Positions 1 to 11,578 of a DNA stretch of 41,195 nucleotides are shown one piece after another. Source of the DNA: Mesotaenium endlicherianum. Taxonomy: Eukaryota. The notes below the pieces were generated by a model. It was not told where the DNA came from. It did not search any database and saw only the letters and a list, made by a program, of their open reading frames with translations. The DNA is taken from positions 353,505-394,699 of the forward strand of contig WELA01003597.1 in assembly GCA_009602735.1 (NCBI GenBank). Reading direction: 5' to 3'. Within the stretch, counting starts at the first letter, position 1. Each line of letters starts with the position of its first letter. The position numbers were made by a program, and so were the translations under genes.

Positions 1-261
1 AACATCCACAGCCGCGTGCTGCAAGTTAGACTCCGGCTCATTTCGACGCGTCGAGGGTGCATGCACCAGAGACTGCGAGGAGCCATAGAGACGATTCCAA
101 CGTGTGTGCAGGAGAAATGCAGCAGGCACCAATACACGGCCAGAGGTTGGCTTCAGAACGAAGTCTGGTCTCGCCGCCCTGTGATGATGCGGCGCATGCC
201 ATGCACACACAGAGTCAGTGCCAGAGGCTTTTTGTGGCTCCATCTCTGGAGGCACTTGGCA

Positions 262-527
262 GGGGTGTCCCATCCTGTCGAAGATGGGTGTCCCACTTTG
301 TTGGACATCTGTGTCCCATCCGCTTGAGCACGCGACCCAGTATGTGAAGCGCGGGGCCCATTCTGTTGGACATCTGTGTCCCATTCTGTTGAGCATGTCT
401 GTCTTGTTCTGTGGCACGTTTTGTGCATTTTTGTTGAACATATGTGTCCCATCTTGTCAGAAGGCATGTCTAGGCCTCACCCGCACATGGAGGCCACACT
501 AAGTACACATCAACTAAGTACACATCA
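262..527 (+). repeat. Degenerate repeats: GTTGGACATCTGTGTCCCAT-like units and a 15-bp tandem duplication ACTAAGTACACATCA (498-527)
   Basis: The TGTCCCA core recurs near 266, 290, 313, 377 and 445; the 15-mer is exact. Confidence 0.8.
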
Positions 528-896
528 AGGCGACACAGTCTGAGGGTACATGGGGCATAAGCAGTGCACTGACAAGCAGTTCCACAAGCAGGTTCTCCAA
601 GCTATGGGCTCAATTTAACCCAAGAGGCCCCACTGGGTCCACATTCCCGGCTAATCCAGACTATAATTATGGAAATATTGTGGACATAAACATCCACAGT
701 TTATCCAGGCTCCAAGGAGGGACTATTAGGGCTACTCCTGCAGGGAGGCTGGAACTGCAGGGAGGCCGGAACTAAGGCGCTATTGAGGCTCCTAGGAGGC
801 TGTTACTAAGGCTACAACCGGGCTACAAGGGGCGGCCATTGGTGCCACATCCAGGCTACAAGGAGGCTGCATGAAGGCTACAGCCAGGGCTGCATG

Positions 897-968
897 GGAC
901 ATCCAGGCTGCAGGGGACATCCAGGCTGCAGGGGACGGCCAGGCTGCAGGGGACATCCAGGCTGCAAG
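897..968 (+). repeat. 18-bp minisatellite GGACATCCAGGCTGCAGG x4 within a GGCTAC/GGCTGCA-rich degenerate array (~700-1030)
   Basis: Units at 897, 915, 933 (GGACGGCC variant) and 951. Confidence 0.92.
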
Positions 969-1372
969 CAGATTGTGGGTGGGCTACACCCAGGCTATAA
1001 GGCTGCATTCAGGCTTCATTCATGCTACTACAGGAGATGTTCCAGAGTGAAATGAGCTCGTATGCAGGCTGTGACAAGGTCAGGCGCAAGCCAGAGGGAG
1101 GCTACTAGGACTGCTCATGCCATGCCATGCAACTTTGAGCAATAGCTGCAGACGAAAACTGAACCCCTTATATGGACTGGTGTGAACAAGTAATAGGGTA
1201 TGGAATTCGGCATGGGGTGAGCCTGACCATTCACATTGTCTTTTCCTCGAGTAACTCCATTCAGATACTGACAGAGTTTGAGTCTCAAGTTCTAAATCCC
1301 GTATTCTAAGAAGGTTAGATTGGAGCGTAAGAGCCAGTCAGCGCGTGGTATCGTTGATCTTGTTGCTCTTAC

Positions 1373-1502
1373 CTCCCTTGGTAAGTTCATCACACACGCT
1401 CTTGATCCTCAGCAGACGTTCCTCCTCACTCTCTGCAACTTCAATGGGCACATTTGCGCTCTTTTCAGCTAGCGGAGGACGTCCTTTCTTGGGGCGTCCC
1501 AT
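1373..1502 (-). CDS. Putative first coding exon of an unidentified gene (MGRPKKGRPPLAEKSANVPIEVAESEEERLLRIKSVCDELTKG...); the rest of the gene was not located and probably lies left of the window
   Basis: Manual reverse complement: ATG at 1502-1500, 43 open codons plus 1 nt, then a canonical G|GTAAG donor at 1372. The composition is protein-like (basic N-terminus, acidic/helical stretch). It is too short for the ORF track. Confidence 0.6.
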
Positions 1503-2768
1503 TCTTTAAAAATACCAAGACTTATTGGTGTCAACAAGAAATGAATCTGTAGCCCAGATTTCAAGTGATGAAATAGAAGTGCACTGCTGGAGATGTGACC
1601 GCCTCGCAGGAGCCTAGATGTTTCCAATACAGACAATCTTCTTGTGAACTGTAATTAAAGCAATGCAAGTGGGTGATGATAAGGGGGATTCCCCGAGCAA
1701 TTGGAAGTAGATACGGCACGTGCTCTAGGGTCCTAAGCCGTAATTTTGATACTGAATGCCTGTGGATCGCAGTTTTCTATGGCTGCCAGACTGACTGATG
1801 AGTCAGAGAGTGAGATAAGTACTCTTATATATTAATCGTCTTGCAATCAAGTATGTGAAGCATAACAATATGAGACGCATTTGAGTTTTGGAGTGGCGTC
1901 AATTGTCCTGGGGGAGAGAGGTCGAGTTCAGAGGCATTCAAAAACAGGAAGACGCGGTCAACGAAAACGTTTCGTCGAAAATCGATCGCCTACGAAACAA
2001 GCGCTGACCTAGCAATTTCCACTGTATCCGTCCATTTTGTCGTACTAAAAATTTTAGCTGTGTCGTTTTTGTTGCACCGTGAAGCTGGCTAAAGAATATG
2101 CTTCGTTGCGTTCACATATGCATGGAAAGTACAGAGGACTGAAGAACGTCAACGGTCGCCAGCATTCCGCAACTAATTCAGAGTGAATGGACTTCAAAAA
2201 GCTCATCCTGTGGCACAGCTGGAAGTTGGTCAGTGATAATTAGTAGTATGTGATAATTAAGTAGTGTGTGATGCCATCATGAAGAAATAAGTTTACGGCG
2301 ACGTTTCAATTTTTATGCCTTACATTTCATGAACGAAGACAATCCTTCTTTCATTATCATTCACAGGCTACGTATGCCTACAAAGGCTTCGTCTGACATG
2401 TTGAAACTCTTAGAAGCAGAAGCTTGAAGGTAACTGCAGCGTCCTTGTAACAAGGGCCCATGTAGCAACAGTTGGCTCAAGCTGTGCGGCAGTTTGGACG
2501 CAAGTACGGAGTCCATTGAGTGAGGTGGTTTGTAAGTTATAACATCTGGCAACTAACCCGATAACGACAGCGACATACCTCAATTACCTCGATTGACAGG
2601 CCTTCAGAACTTTTGCAATCATTCTTCTTACCTTCTATAGAAAGCGTCGGAAGCAGTGAAGCACTTGTAATGGTTCTGTCAATGCCTGAGCTAGAATCGC
2701 ATTACAGTTTCCGCGGACTGGCGATGCATCAGTTATATGCCTCGTCGATGTAACTTTCTCACATCAAA

Positions 2769-5700
2769 ATGGTGTCAAAAAGCCCGTTGCGGAGACACTC
2801 CTTGCAAGGCAGGGCAGGGGGGTTGTCTTCCTCAGAGAAAATGCCTGGCGTTATGCGCCCTTCAGTTGGCGTGAAGGGCAGGGCAGTAAGTGCGAGACTT
2901 AGACGCAAGACTCTTGCACTCAGTGGTAGCTGGGAGAAGCCAGGACATGAGATGATGGGAGGAATGGAGGAGGCGGTTGAAAGAACTCCTGCAGATGCGC
3001 TTTCTCGGAAAGCGATGCCCATAGAAGGACAAATTTTAAAACCAAGTCATGATAGCAGCACAAAGCATGCAGAACGTCCCAGAAGAAAAAATAGTGACGT
3101 TTTCGAGTTTCCTGCTGTTGGCTCTGGTGACAAGGAAGGTGCTAGTAGCAGGATAAGAGTTTATGTCAGGCTCCGTCCTATGTCGAGCAGGGAGAAACAA
3201 GCAGGAGCTATGCAAGCTGTGGAGATAACCAACAAGAGGGACATATTTTTGACAGAGTTCTTCTCTGAGTCTGATTACTTGAGGAGCAAGCGGAGTAAGG
3301 GAAGGCAATACTCCTTTGACATCGCCTTTCCTGACACCACTTCACAGCATGAGGTCTATGAGGCAAGGTGAGCTCTTCTGACTCATACATAGGTTCCAGA
3401 AGAATTACAATGCGAAGTTTGCTGGGCAGATGAAGACGTGAGATTGCATAACTGATCAATTTGCTTCACAACGCAGTGATGTTCGCTGAAAGTAATATAT
3501 GAATCTGGACCAACATTTTCTGCTGACATGGGGGCAGTGAAAGTTGTCGTTCCCTGTATGTCCGTCCATCACGAATAAATCTTCAGGCTTTGTGGCAAGC
3601 TCCTTTGAAGATTCAATTGCGTCCCAATGTATCGTCGTGGAAATTTCTCCTTTGGTTGAAAGAAGACAAAGCGGGTGAAGGTAGTGGATCCTGCTCATTA
3701 GCAGTTTGACACCCACTTAGAGACTTTGTCAGCAACCGAAGCATATCCTTTGTTACATCAGCTTAAGAGGAAGTTGATGTCTTCTTTAACTTATGGGGAT
3801 TAGGACTTGGTTCAATCAGTGTGCGTGTGGCAGCTTAGTTTGAAGACTCGGGTAGTCCTTCATCTAGTGGCTCAAACCCCAAAAGCAATGTGGGTGATTG
3901 TATGTGATGATGTGGTCTTGCTCCAATCATCTGAAGTATCGAGGGAACACTGGGCAGATGATTCTTCCCCCAGTATGGTGAGATCCATCAGAGTCGGGGC
4001 TTCACGAGTGCCACATCATGTAGCTGGTTAGTGTGTTCCGATCCTGCAGCCAGCAGCACATGTGCATAAACACAATGCCCTTGATGGATCAGCTGCCGAT
4101 GGTGGTGGTGAGGGCATTGCTCGTGGGAAGTCACCTGCCCTGAGGAACTCATGAAGGTGATTACCATTGGCACTTCCGCTCGCTCATAAAGAGGGAGGCA
4201 TGGCGGGTTGGTGTCCTGCTCAGCCGAGCTTAGTGGAAGCTCGGCAGATAGCTGGGTTCAAAGCTTGGGAAGAGCTTACTGGGCTTATGCGGTCATTGTA
4301 AAGGAGGGCTAGGAGCTGGTGTGCGCATGCATGCACTTGCACGCACATGCACGCACATAGCCACTTACACCCACATACACCCACATACATACACATACAC
4401 ACGCATGTATCTCTGGTGATGATTGTCATGCCTGAGATCTGCATGTAGCAGCAGAAAAGTTCCTGGACTGCTGATGATGGATGGTCGGGGGGTTCTGATG
4501 TCTGAGCCACTTTCATTCGTCGAGAAAGTGAACATGGAAGTGATCACTAATTGATCCTGTGGAAGTTTGTGTCATTATCTCATCCCCTTCCTCATCCCCC
4601 TCCTCCGCTAGGTGTTGGGCCATGCGCAGCAATTCCCTGTTTCGACATATGCTTTGAACCAGATTAGGAGGGAGTAACTCAATACTTTCCTCAGGGGAGC
4701 CCTTAATGGCAAGGATAGCATGTACCGGCTCTGGGGCAATGAGCGAGCGCATAGCCAGTAGAATAAATCCAAATATGGCGAAGTGCAAGCGTTACCTTCA
4801 AAGCGTCAAACAACTTTATGATGCTTTTGAAGCTTAATCAGCCCAGCTTGACTTGTTTGTTTTACTTCCCTGCCTTTGATCCAATGTCAGTGCGGCGTCA
4901 TTGGTGGAGAGCATCCTGGAGGGCAGAAACGCATCCATCTTCTGCTATGGCGCCACGGGAGCCGGGAAAACACACACCATGCTGGGGAGCCTGGACGCAC
5001 CAGGTGTCATGGTGCTGGCCCTCCGCGATCTCTTCGCCAAGCTACAGGAAGGCAGCAACAGCGGCACCTATGCCGTACAGCTGTCGTATATGGAGGTGTA
5101 CAACGAGATAGTGCGCGACCTGCTGACACCTGGCCGGCCCCTGGTGCTGCGTGAGGATGCGAAGCTGGGCATCACTGCCTCTGGGCTGACATTTGTCAAA
5201 GCCTCATCGGCTGATGAGGTAGGCTCTCAACTGGTCGTTTGCCACACCCGTATCACGTCATGCGTCAATCAAACTTGAGTGCATCACTTACCATGATGTA
5301 TATATGTATATATATGTATGTATGTATGTATATGTGTATGCATGCATGTATGGATATGAAGTTCTGAAATTACAAATCGTTAAATTGGGGAGTTGTTTGC
5401 CCGCTCGGCAGGTGATTGTAGGCTGTGAAACCTCTGCTTGACTGCAGTAACTGCAACCAGCACATGATAAGAGACCCACAAACTCAGCCCATGGGGTGAC
5501 ATACATGATTGGATGTGTACATGCTTGTCCTTCCCTTTGCAAATAGAACACAGTCGCTCCACATGAAGACCTCACCTGAGTGCAAGCAAGACTCCCAAGC
5601 TGTCCTGCCCATGCATGAAGATGCGTGCGTGAGTGGGCAACACCTGAGTGCATGCGGCTGCGGCGGCTGCTGCTGCTGCTGCCGCTGCTTTTTTTGCTGG

Positions 5701-8700
5701 TGGCGTATTTGTGGGCGGCAGGTGATGGAGCTGCTGCAGAAGGGCAATGGGAACAGGACCACAGAGCCCACCCGATGCAACGAGACCTCCTCGCGATCGC
5801 ACGCCATCCTGCAGGTACCCCGCAACCCTGCTGCTCTGCTTGCCCTCAGACAAGCGGCTCAGACAAGCGGCTGACTTAAAGCTGATGTGTGTGCCTCAGA
5901 ATGAGATCGTTGCGACAGGTGGGCTGGTGATTTCAGCACCAATTGGATCTCTCTCTCTCTCTCTCTCTCTCTGTAGTGAGGAACGGACACCAATCAATTT
6001 CTCTGGTGGTACTCATTGAATTCATCATGCCCGATACCTCATCGCCCACTGCATGGCCTCAATGTACCCCTTAGCGGCTTATTGTTCTGCCTTATTCTGG
6101 ACTTTTGAGCCAGCTCGCGCCGTAATATATTTTTTTTGCACGACGGATGTATCTCTTCAGTCCTCGTACACCTCTTCTTCAAGTTTACCCTCGACATACT
6201 AAACACCCTTTCACACATGAGACGTATCTTTTAGGCCGCCATACACCACTTGGGGGCTCGCCACGCAGTGCGCACATCGCCTAGCGACGCACACAGTGTT
6301 CTCACAACTCTCGGGACTCCCTCTCTCTTCCCTCTCTCTCTCGAGCAGGTGGTGGTGGAGCGCACGCTGGCAAAGCCGGCAACGGGGGCGGTGATGCGGC
6401 GCGTGGGCAAGCTGTCGCTCATCGACCTGGCGGGCTCGGAGCGGGCGCTGGCCACGGAGGCCCGCACGGCGCGGTCCATGGAGGGGGCCAACATCAACCG
6501 CTCGCTGCTGGCGCTCAGCAGCTGCATCAACGCGCTGGTGGAGGGCAAGAAGCACATCCCCTTCCGCAACTCCAAGCTCACGCAGCTGCTTAAGGTACTG
6601 AGAGAGACCGGGAGGCGAGAGAGGGAACGAGCGTGCAGAGCGCGAAGAGGTGCCTGCATGTCTGTATTGGTGTCTGTGTGAGTGTGTGTATGTGTGTGTG
6701 TGTGTTGTGCGCGCGCGCCTCGTGCGGCTTAAGATGAGAGAGGGGCAAAGCACGCACACGTGCGCGCATACAGACACACGCACACGCATATGCACGCACA
6801 AACATACACATATATGCACATACAAATATCCACAGCCACGCATGGACCTCTGCAGGCTGATGCACACGTCTGATGCCCATTTGTATGAGCTTGTGCATAT
6901 GTGGGAGTGGCTTTGCTTTCATAACACTTTCCAGCATTTGTATCAATCCACATCGGTGGTAAGAGTATTCAGGACGCGCAGTTGAATTGTGTGTTGGATC
7001 TTGCAAGTGCTGCTCAAAGGAGGTGCACAGCAGGCGCGCAGGCGCTCGCTCTTGCCTGATGTGATTGACACGCGCCTTCATCCTCAGCCATATGTATATG
7101 CTGGTACATGATCCAAGTTATATGTTTGCTAGGGTATGAATTTTGGGCCTTACGTGTATTCTTGCGCGTGCACAGGTGCACTCAATGAATGTGCTCCAAT
7201 AGCAGTCCATGCAGTAGGCCACTCGCTTGTTTCTGGTGTGTGTGCGTGTGTGTGTGTGTTGTGTGTGAAAGAGAGGAAGAGTTTGGTCGTGTGTACATCA
7301 TCAAATCATTCTACAGTTGGACTGTAGTCTCCTACCATACTATTGACATCTTCAATCAATCATATCTTGCTTTGTTGCAGGACTCCTTGGGTGGCGCTTG
7401 CCGGACGGCCATGATTGCAAACATCAGCCCCAGCCATCTGACACTTGGCGAGACACAGAACACTCTCCACTGGGCAGATCGTGCTAAGGAGATACAGACA
7501 AAGGTACGCACAGGACCAACCTTATGACTGACTCCCAACCCCGCACCTGTTCCATACATGCAAATATTTTTTCTAACATGCAGACTAAGAAAGGCAGAGA
7601 AAAGCTAACCCTTGTGCCACACTCTGTAGTCCAGCATTCAAAAGTGACTCAGAAGTCAGCCGTTGTTGGGCCCGTTCACTATTTGGCTTTTGAGTGGGGT
7701 GCAACTTTGCGAGCTGCGAGCACTTTCCAGACATCTGTAAGCAGCTTAACCCGCATGCAACTTCAGCAGTGGCTTGGACCTGATTAGGGGGAGGGGTGTA
7801 AGGGGATGTGGTGGAAGCATAGGTATTGTGCTCGTGTCTTTAGCTTGGGGTTTTACCGATTGTGACTCATGTTTCGGCATTTTGGCACCTCATGCAGAAG
7901 TTATACTCATCCGTCCTTGTACAATAACCCTGGGTTGCACGCACAAACTTTCTCTCCTGACGTGGACACTTGTCGCCCTGCTCCGCATGCTCCGCAGACT
8001 CCGGAGGTGCTTGAAAGCCCTGTGGTTGTGCCAGCTGGCGTTCCCCTGTCGCCCTCGGAGGGTCCCCTCAAGGCCCTGGCTGTAGTGGAGATTGAGAACA
8101 TGAGGCTCAAGGGCCAGCTGGCGGCGCTGCAGCGCTTGATGGCCACATCCAATCATGGAGGTGGAGGTGGAGGAGGGGGAGGAAGCGGGGCCCTTGAGGG
8201 TACTGCTGCCGGGAGCCCCCCGCTCGCCGCCGTTGCAGCCCCAACTGGACAGCTGGCAGAACAGACGACAGCGTTGTTTGGCGTGGAGGCGGGGGGCACC
8301 TGGGCAGCGAGGGGACAGGTGGCGAAAGGCTCTGTTGGCCAGGGTGGCGCCCGCGACATGGAGATTGAGGAAGATAGGGACGATGCCAGTGAGCCGAGTG
8401 AAGGGACTGCAAGGAGTGCACAAGCCGCGGACGAGGTGCATGGGAGCGTTGGCAGGGGGCAGGCTGGCCACGTCGCGATGGTTGAAGCTGACATGGGGGT
8501 AGAGGGGGGTGGGAAGGACGGAGAGGAGGATGTGGTGGAGGGGTATGCTTACGAGGGGCGTGGCACTCACGCTCCAGCTGTCGAGGCGGGAGAAGGGGAG
8601 ACGCATATTCGACGGGGAGGCAGTCGACGGGCGAGCTTGGGCTCAACGGACATGGCGGGCAACGCCGTGCCATTTTCTACGGCAAGGCCGCCCAGAGGGG

Positions 8701-9869
8701 ACGGGCGGCCGGGTAGAAGAGGGGAAGGATCGACGGGGCTGCTGAGGAAGTCGTGGCAGGAAGGGGGGACAGGGGCAGGGGCAGGGGGAGGGGGAGGAGG
8801 AGGAGGAGGAGGACAAGGGGAAGGCCTGGGAAGCCCAAGGCAAGGTGGTGGCTCGGGAGGGGAGCGGAGAAGCTCCAGGAGTCCCAGAGGACTGGGGCCA
8901 GGTCTGGGAGGAGGTTGGGGAAGAGGCTCGGGAGCACCGAGCGGACGTCTGGGGACGATGGGGACCTCCAAGAAGAGGAAGGACATTACGGACTGGTCCT
9001 GCCTGAGGGGATGGTCGTGTGAGGGGTCGGACCTAGCCTTGGTCTTGGGTGCTGCTGCAGGAGGTTCGGCTGGAAATAGCGCAGGCTCGGGAGCAGGTGC
9101 GGGGACAGGCGTGGAATCGCGTCTCGAGGAATGGAGCATCCCTGAGCTAGAAGCTGAGAGCGGAGGGGCAAACGTGGTGCCGGGTTTGAGGAACGATGGG
9201 CAGGCAATTGGGGAAGAGCGAAGGTTCGGGGGTGGTGCAGGTGCGCAGGCAGGAGGCAGTGGAAGAGGTATGGTAGACGTTGAGGTCTTCAGGGGTGACT
9301 GGGAAGGCGGTAGCAGCAGCAGCCCCCGAGGGTGCAGACCAGCTTCAGGCCAGGGGGCAGCTCCGGAACCGGTCAGGGAGGCTGTTGGGCAGCAGGCTGG
9401 GCATGAGCAAACAGAGCCACAGCGGGGAGGACCGGGACAGGCTCGGACCCGTGCTGCAACACGCCGAAGCTTAGGGCCGGGGATGGCTGCCAGCCTGGAG
9501 GCTGGATGGCAGGAGCTGCGGCTGAAAATGGAGGCGGAGAAGGAGGAGGAGGAGAGGCGCGAAAGGGAAAACTTCAAACACAAGGGGGGGCTGAGCTGTC
9601 GCGCTGTGGAGCGTCTGGTGGAGGAACTGAAACGGAGGGTGCACAGCTTGCAGGGAGAGCTGAGCGTGGCGCGGAAGGAGGGTGCGGATGCAATACGGCG
9701 GGAGGCCGATCTCATGGCCCAGATCTCGGCCCTCCACAACGAGACCTCTGTCAGGCTCAGGCACAAAGAAGATTTCATCAAGAAGATCTGCAAGACTACC
9801 ACCAGCATCACCCCGCCCCCGCCCGCACGTCATGCCCCCCTATCAAGTCCAGCTGGCGGCCTCTGCTGA
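2769..9869 (+). CDS. KIN8A: Kinesin-8 family motor protein (plant KIN8A type), ~1086 aa; exons 2769-3367, 4891-5218, 5722-5814, 6349-6594, 7381-7503, 7998-9869
   Basis: Spliced exons join in phase at GT..AG sites. They give the motor motifs [11 protein letters not shown]-loop [20 protein letters not shown], switch I NETSSRSH, switch [30 protein letters not shown] and [15 protein letters not shown] (HWADRAK is typical of plant kinesin-8A). The last-exon acceptor (7998) and the 3' end are less certain. Confidence 0.93.
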
Positions 9870-11578
9870 ATCGATTCGGACAACCTTAAGCTGCTAAGAG
9901 GACCCAGCAGATGTGGAACACACATAAGCAGGGCTATGAAATGCTCCCTTACCTTTAAAACTAGCATAACTTGTATGCCCCCATTCTTCCTCCCCCCCCT
10001 TTGCACCCTCCTTTTCTTTCTTTTTTCAGAATGTCTTCCTCGACCCCTCCCCAGGAACATACTTGGGTGTCCTGCTGGTGGCCCCAGGCACACATCACCC
10101 GCAGCGCTGGGCAACCTTCTCTTAAATCTGGAACTAAATCATTATTTGCCGCGCCTTCGGCTAGTTTGTAGAATTTATACAAAGCTGGCCAACTCTTCTT
10201 GGCATCATGCAATTACTATTGAAAGAGCGACTTAGTTTGGGATGCAAGCAAGATTGCTTGGGGCTTAAAAGGTCAATGTGCGTGCTGTGAATATTTATCA
10301 CTCATTAGTTTTCAATAGTTTACTTCTTATAAACTAATCTCATTTATCTTCATCTGAGAACAATTCTTAATTTGTTTTATTGTGAGATTTATGAGAAGCC
10401 AGACACTTGTACATAGTAGCACAAAGTATTGGCAAGTGTATTTTGTCGCCTTGGGTAACTATGTGCTGACATTACTACTCAACTGCTCCGCATAAGCTCC
10501 CCACATCCAGGCACGGTTGGTTGAGCCCACCCAAGACTACCAGGAAAAAACTTGCATGTTTTCCGTGTCGGTGCGTTTCTTACAACGTGCCATATTTTTT
10601 TCCTAATTCCAAGTCAAAACTCCTGAGAGTATAATTGTAATTTAGATGAGTGAATGAGGACGTACTTGCAAACTGAAGGCAAGTATATGCTCCCACGAAT
10701 TTTTACATCCTTATTGTACCTAACTATGCAATTCAGGATGATTGTTAAGCACTCATGTACTGAACACAAGTGAAGCACTCACATTTCGTAATTGAAAGAC
10801 GGTGAAAGACCCGTATTAATGGTGCACGAAACGTCTGAAAAATGATCGACTCATCTGCTCCACTTTGCTTCATTGTTTCTGAAGACGAGAAAACAAGCTT
10901 GTTCTCTCTTCCACGTCTAATGAAATCGTGCGGACATCGCATCGTTCACGGTGGTACAAGAGACGTGATGTTTGTTTTTGTCGGTTGCACTTAACAGTCG
11001 CCAGCCAATTTGTCTCGACAAGCTCATTAAATAAGGGGATCCTGATATGTGCTTTTATATGAGCCCGTATGAGATGGTATGAGACTGTCCGTGCGGGCCA
11101 TAGATGGGCAAGTCAATTTGGTCCGGCTTTCAGCAAGATTCGTGAAATCACGAACTACCAGTCAAACTGCCACATAACCCACGGTTCCTAGTAAGACCTC
11201 AAAGTAGAGGTACAACTGTATATATGTACGACTTGTACGGTTCATAAAACACTGGGAGGTCAGTTTTGTCGGTACCCCTGCGAGGTAGCATGTATAGTGA
11301 TGTATAGCAATGTCTAGCTGCTACCACAGTCTACACAGTGACCAGTCTAGCGCTGGTCCAGCGTCGCTCGAGTTCCTCACGTGCTGCCCAAAGTTCTCTT
11401 CAGGTTTGTTAAAAGCGGTTGTTGGAGCTTTGGTGTCCTGCAAGCTAGTGCACCCGCAAGGAGCTGCGTGTCCGCGTTCTTCTTGCCTGACATTCACTTT
11501 AGTTATGTCAACAACCGCTCTCTAGTTCAGGGCTTAAACACAAGGACGCGGTGAATTGGTTTGCAAGAGCAGCAACTC

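Noticed and set aside
1100..1145. Candidate second exon of the minus-strand gene (acceptor at 1146)
   Set aside because: In-phase reading hits TAG after ~13 codons.
3368..4890. Short ORFs in kinesin intron 1 (e.g. 4513-4788 minus) as a nested gene or retroelement relic
   Set aside because: No recognisable RT, integrase or other motif and no convincing splice structure; needs BLASTx.
7869..7997. ORF-track start of the 666-aa ORF
   Set aside because: Most likely intronic; the in-phase acceptor at 7997 joins the ORF to the kinesin motor exons.
8567..9811. 414-aa minus-strand ORF and other antisense ORFs over the kinesin tail
   Set aside because: Shadow ORFs of a GC-rich coding exon; low complexity with no domain signal.
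9975..10030. Strong polypyrimidine tract + CAG as an extra kinesin exon
   Set aside because: No convincing upstream donor before the stop at 9869, and the downstream sequence is not recognisably coding.
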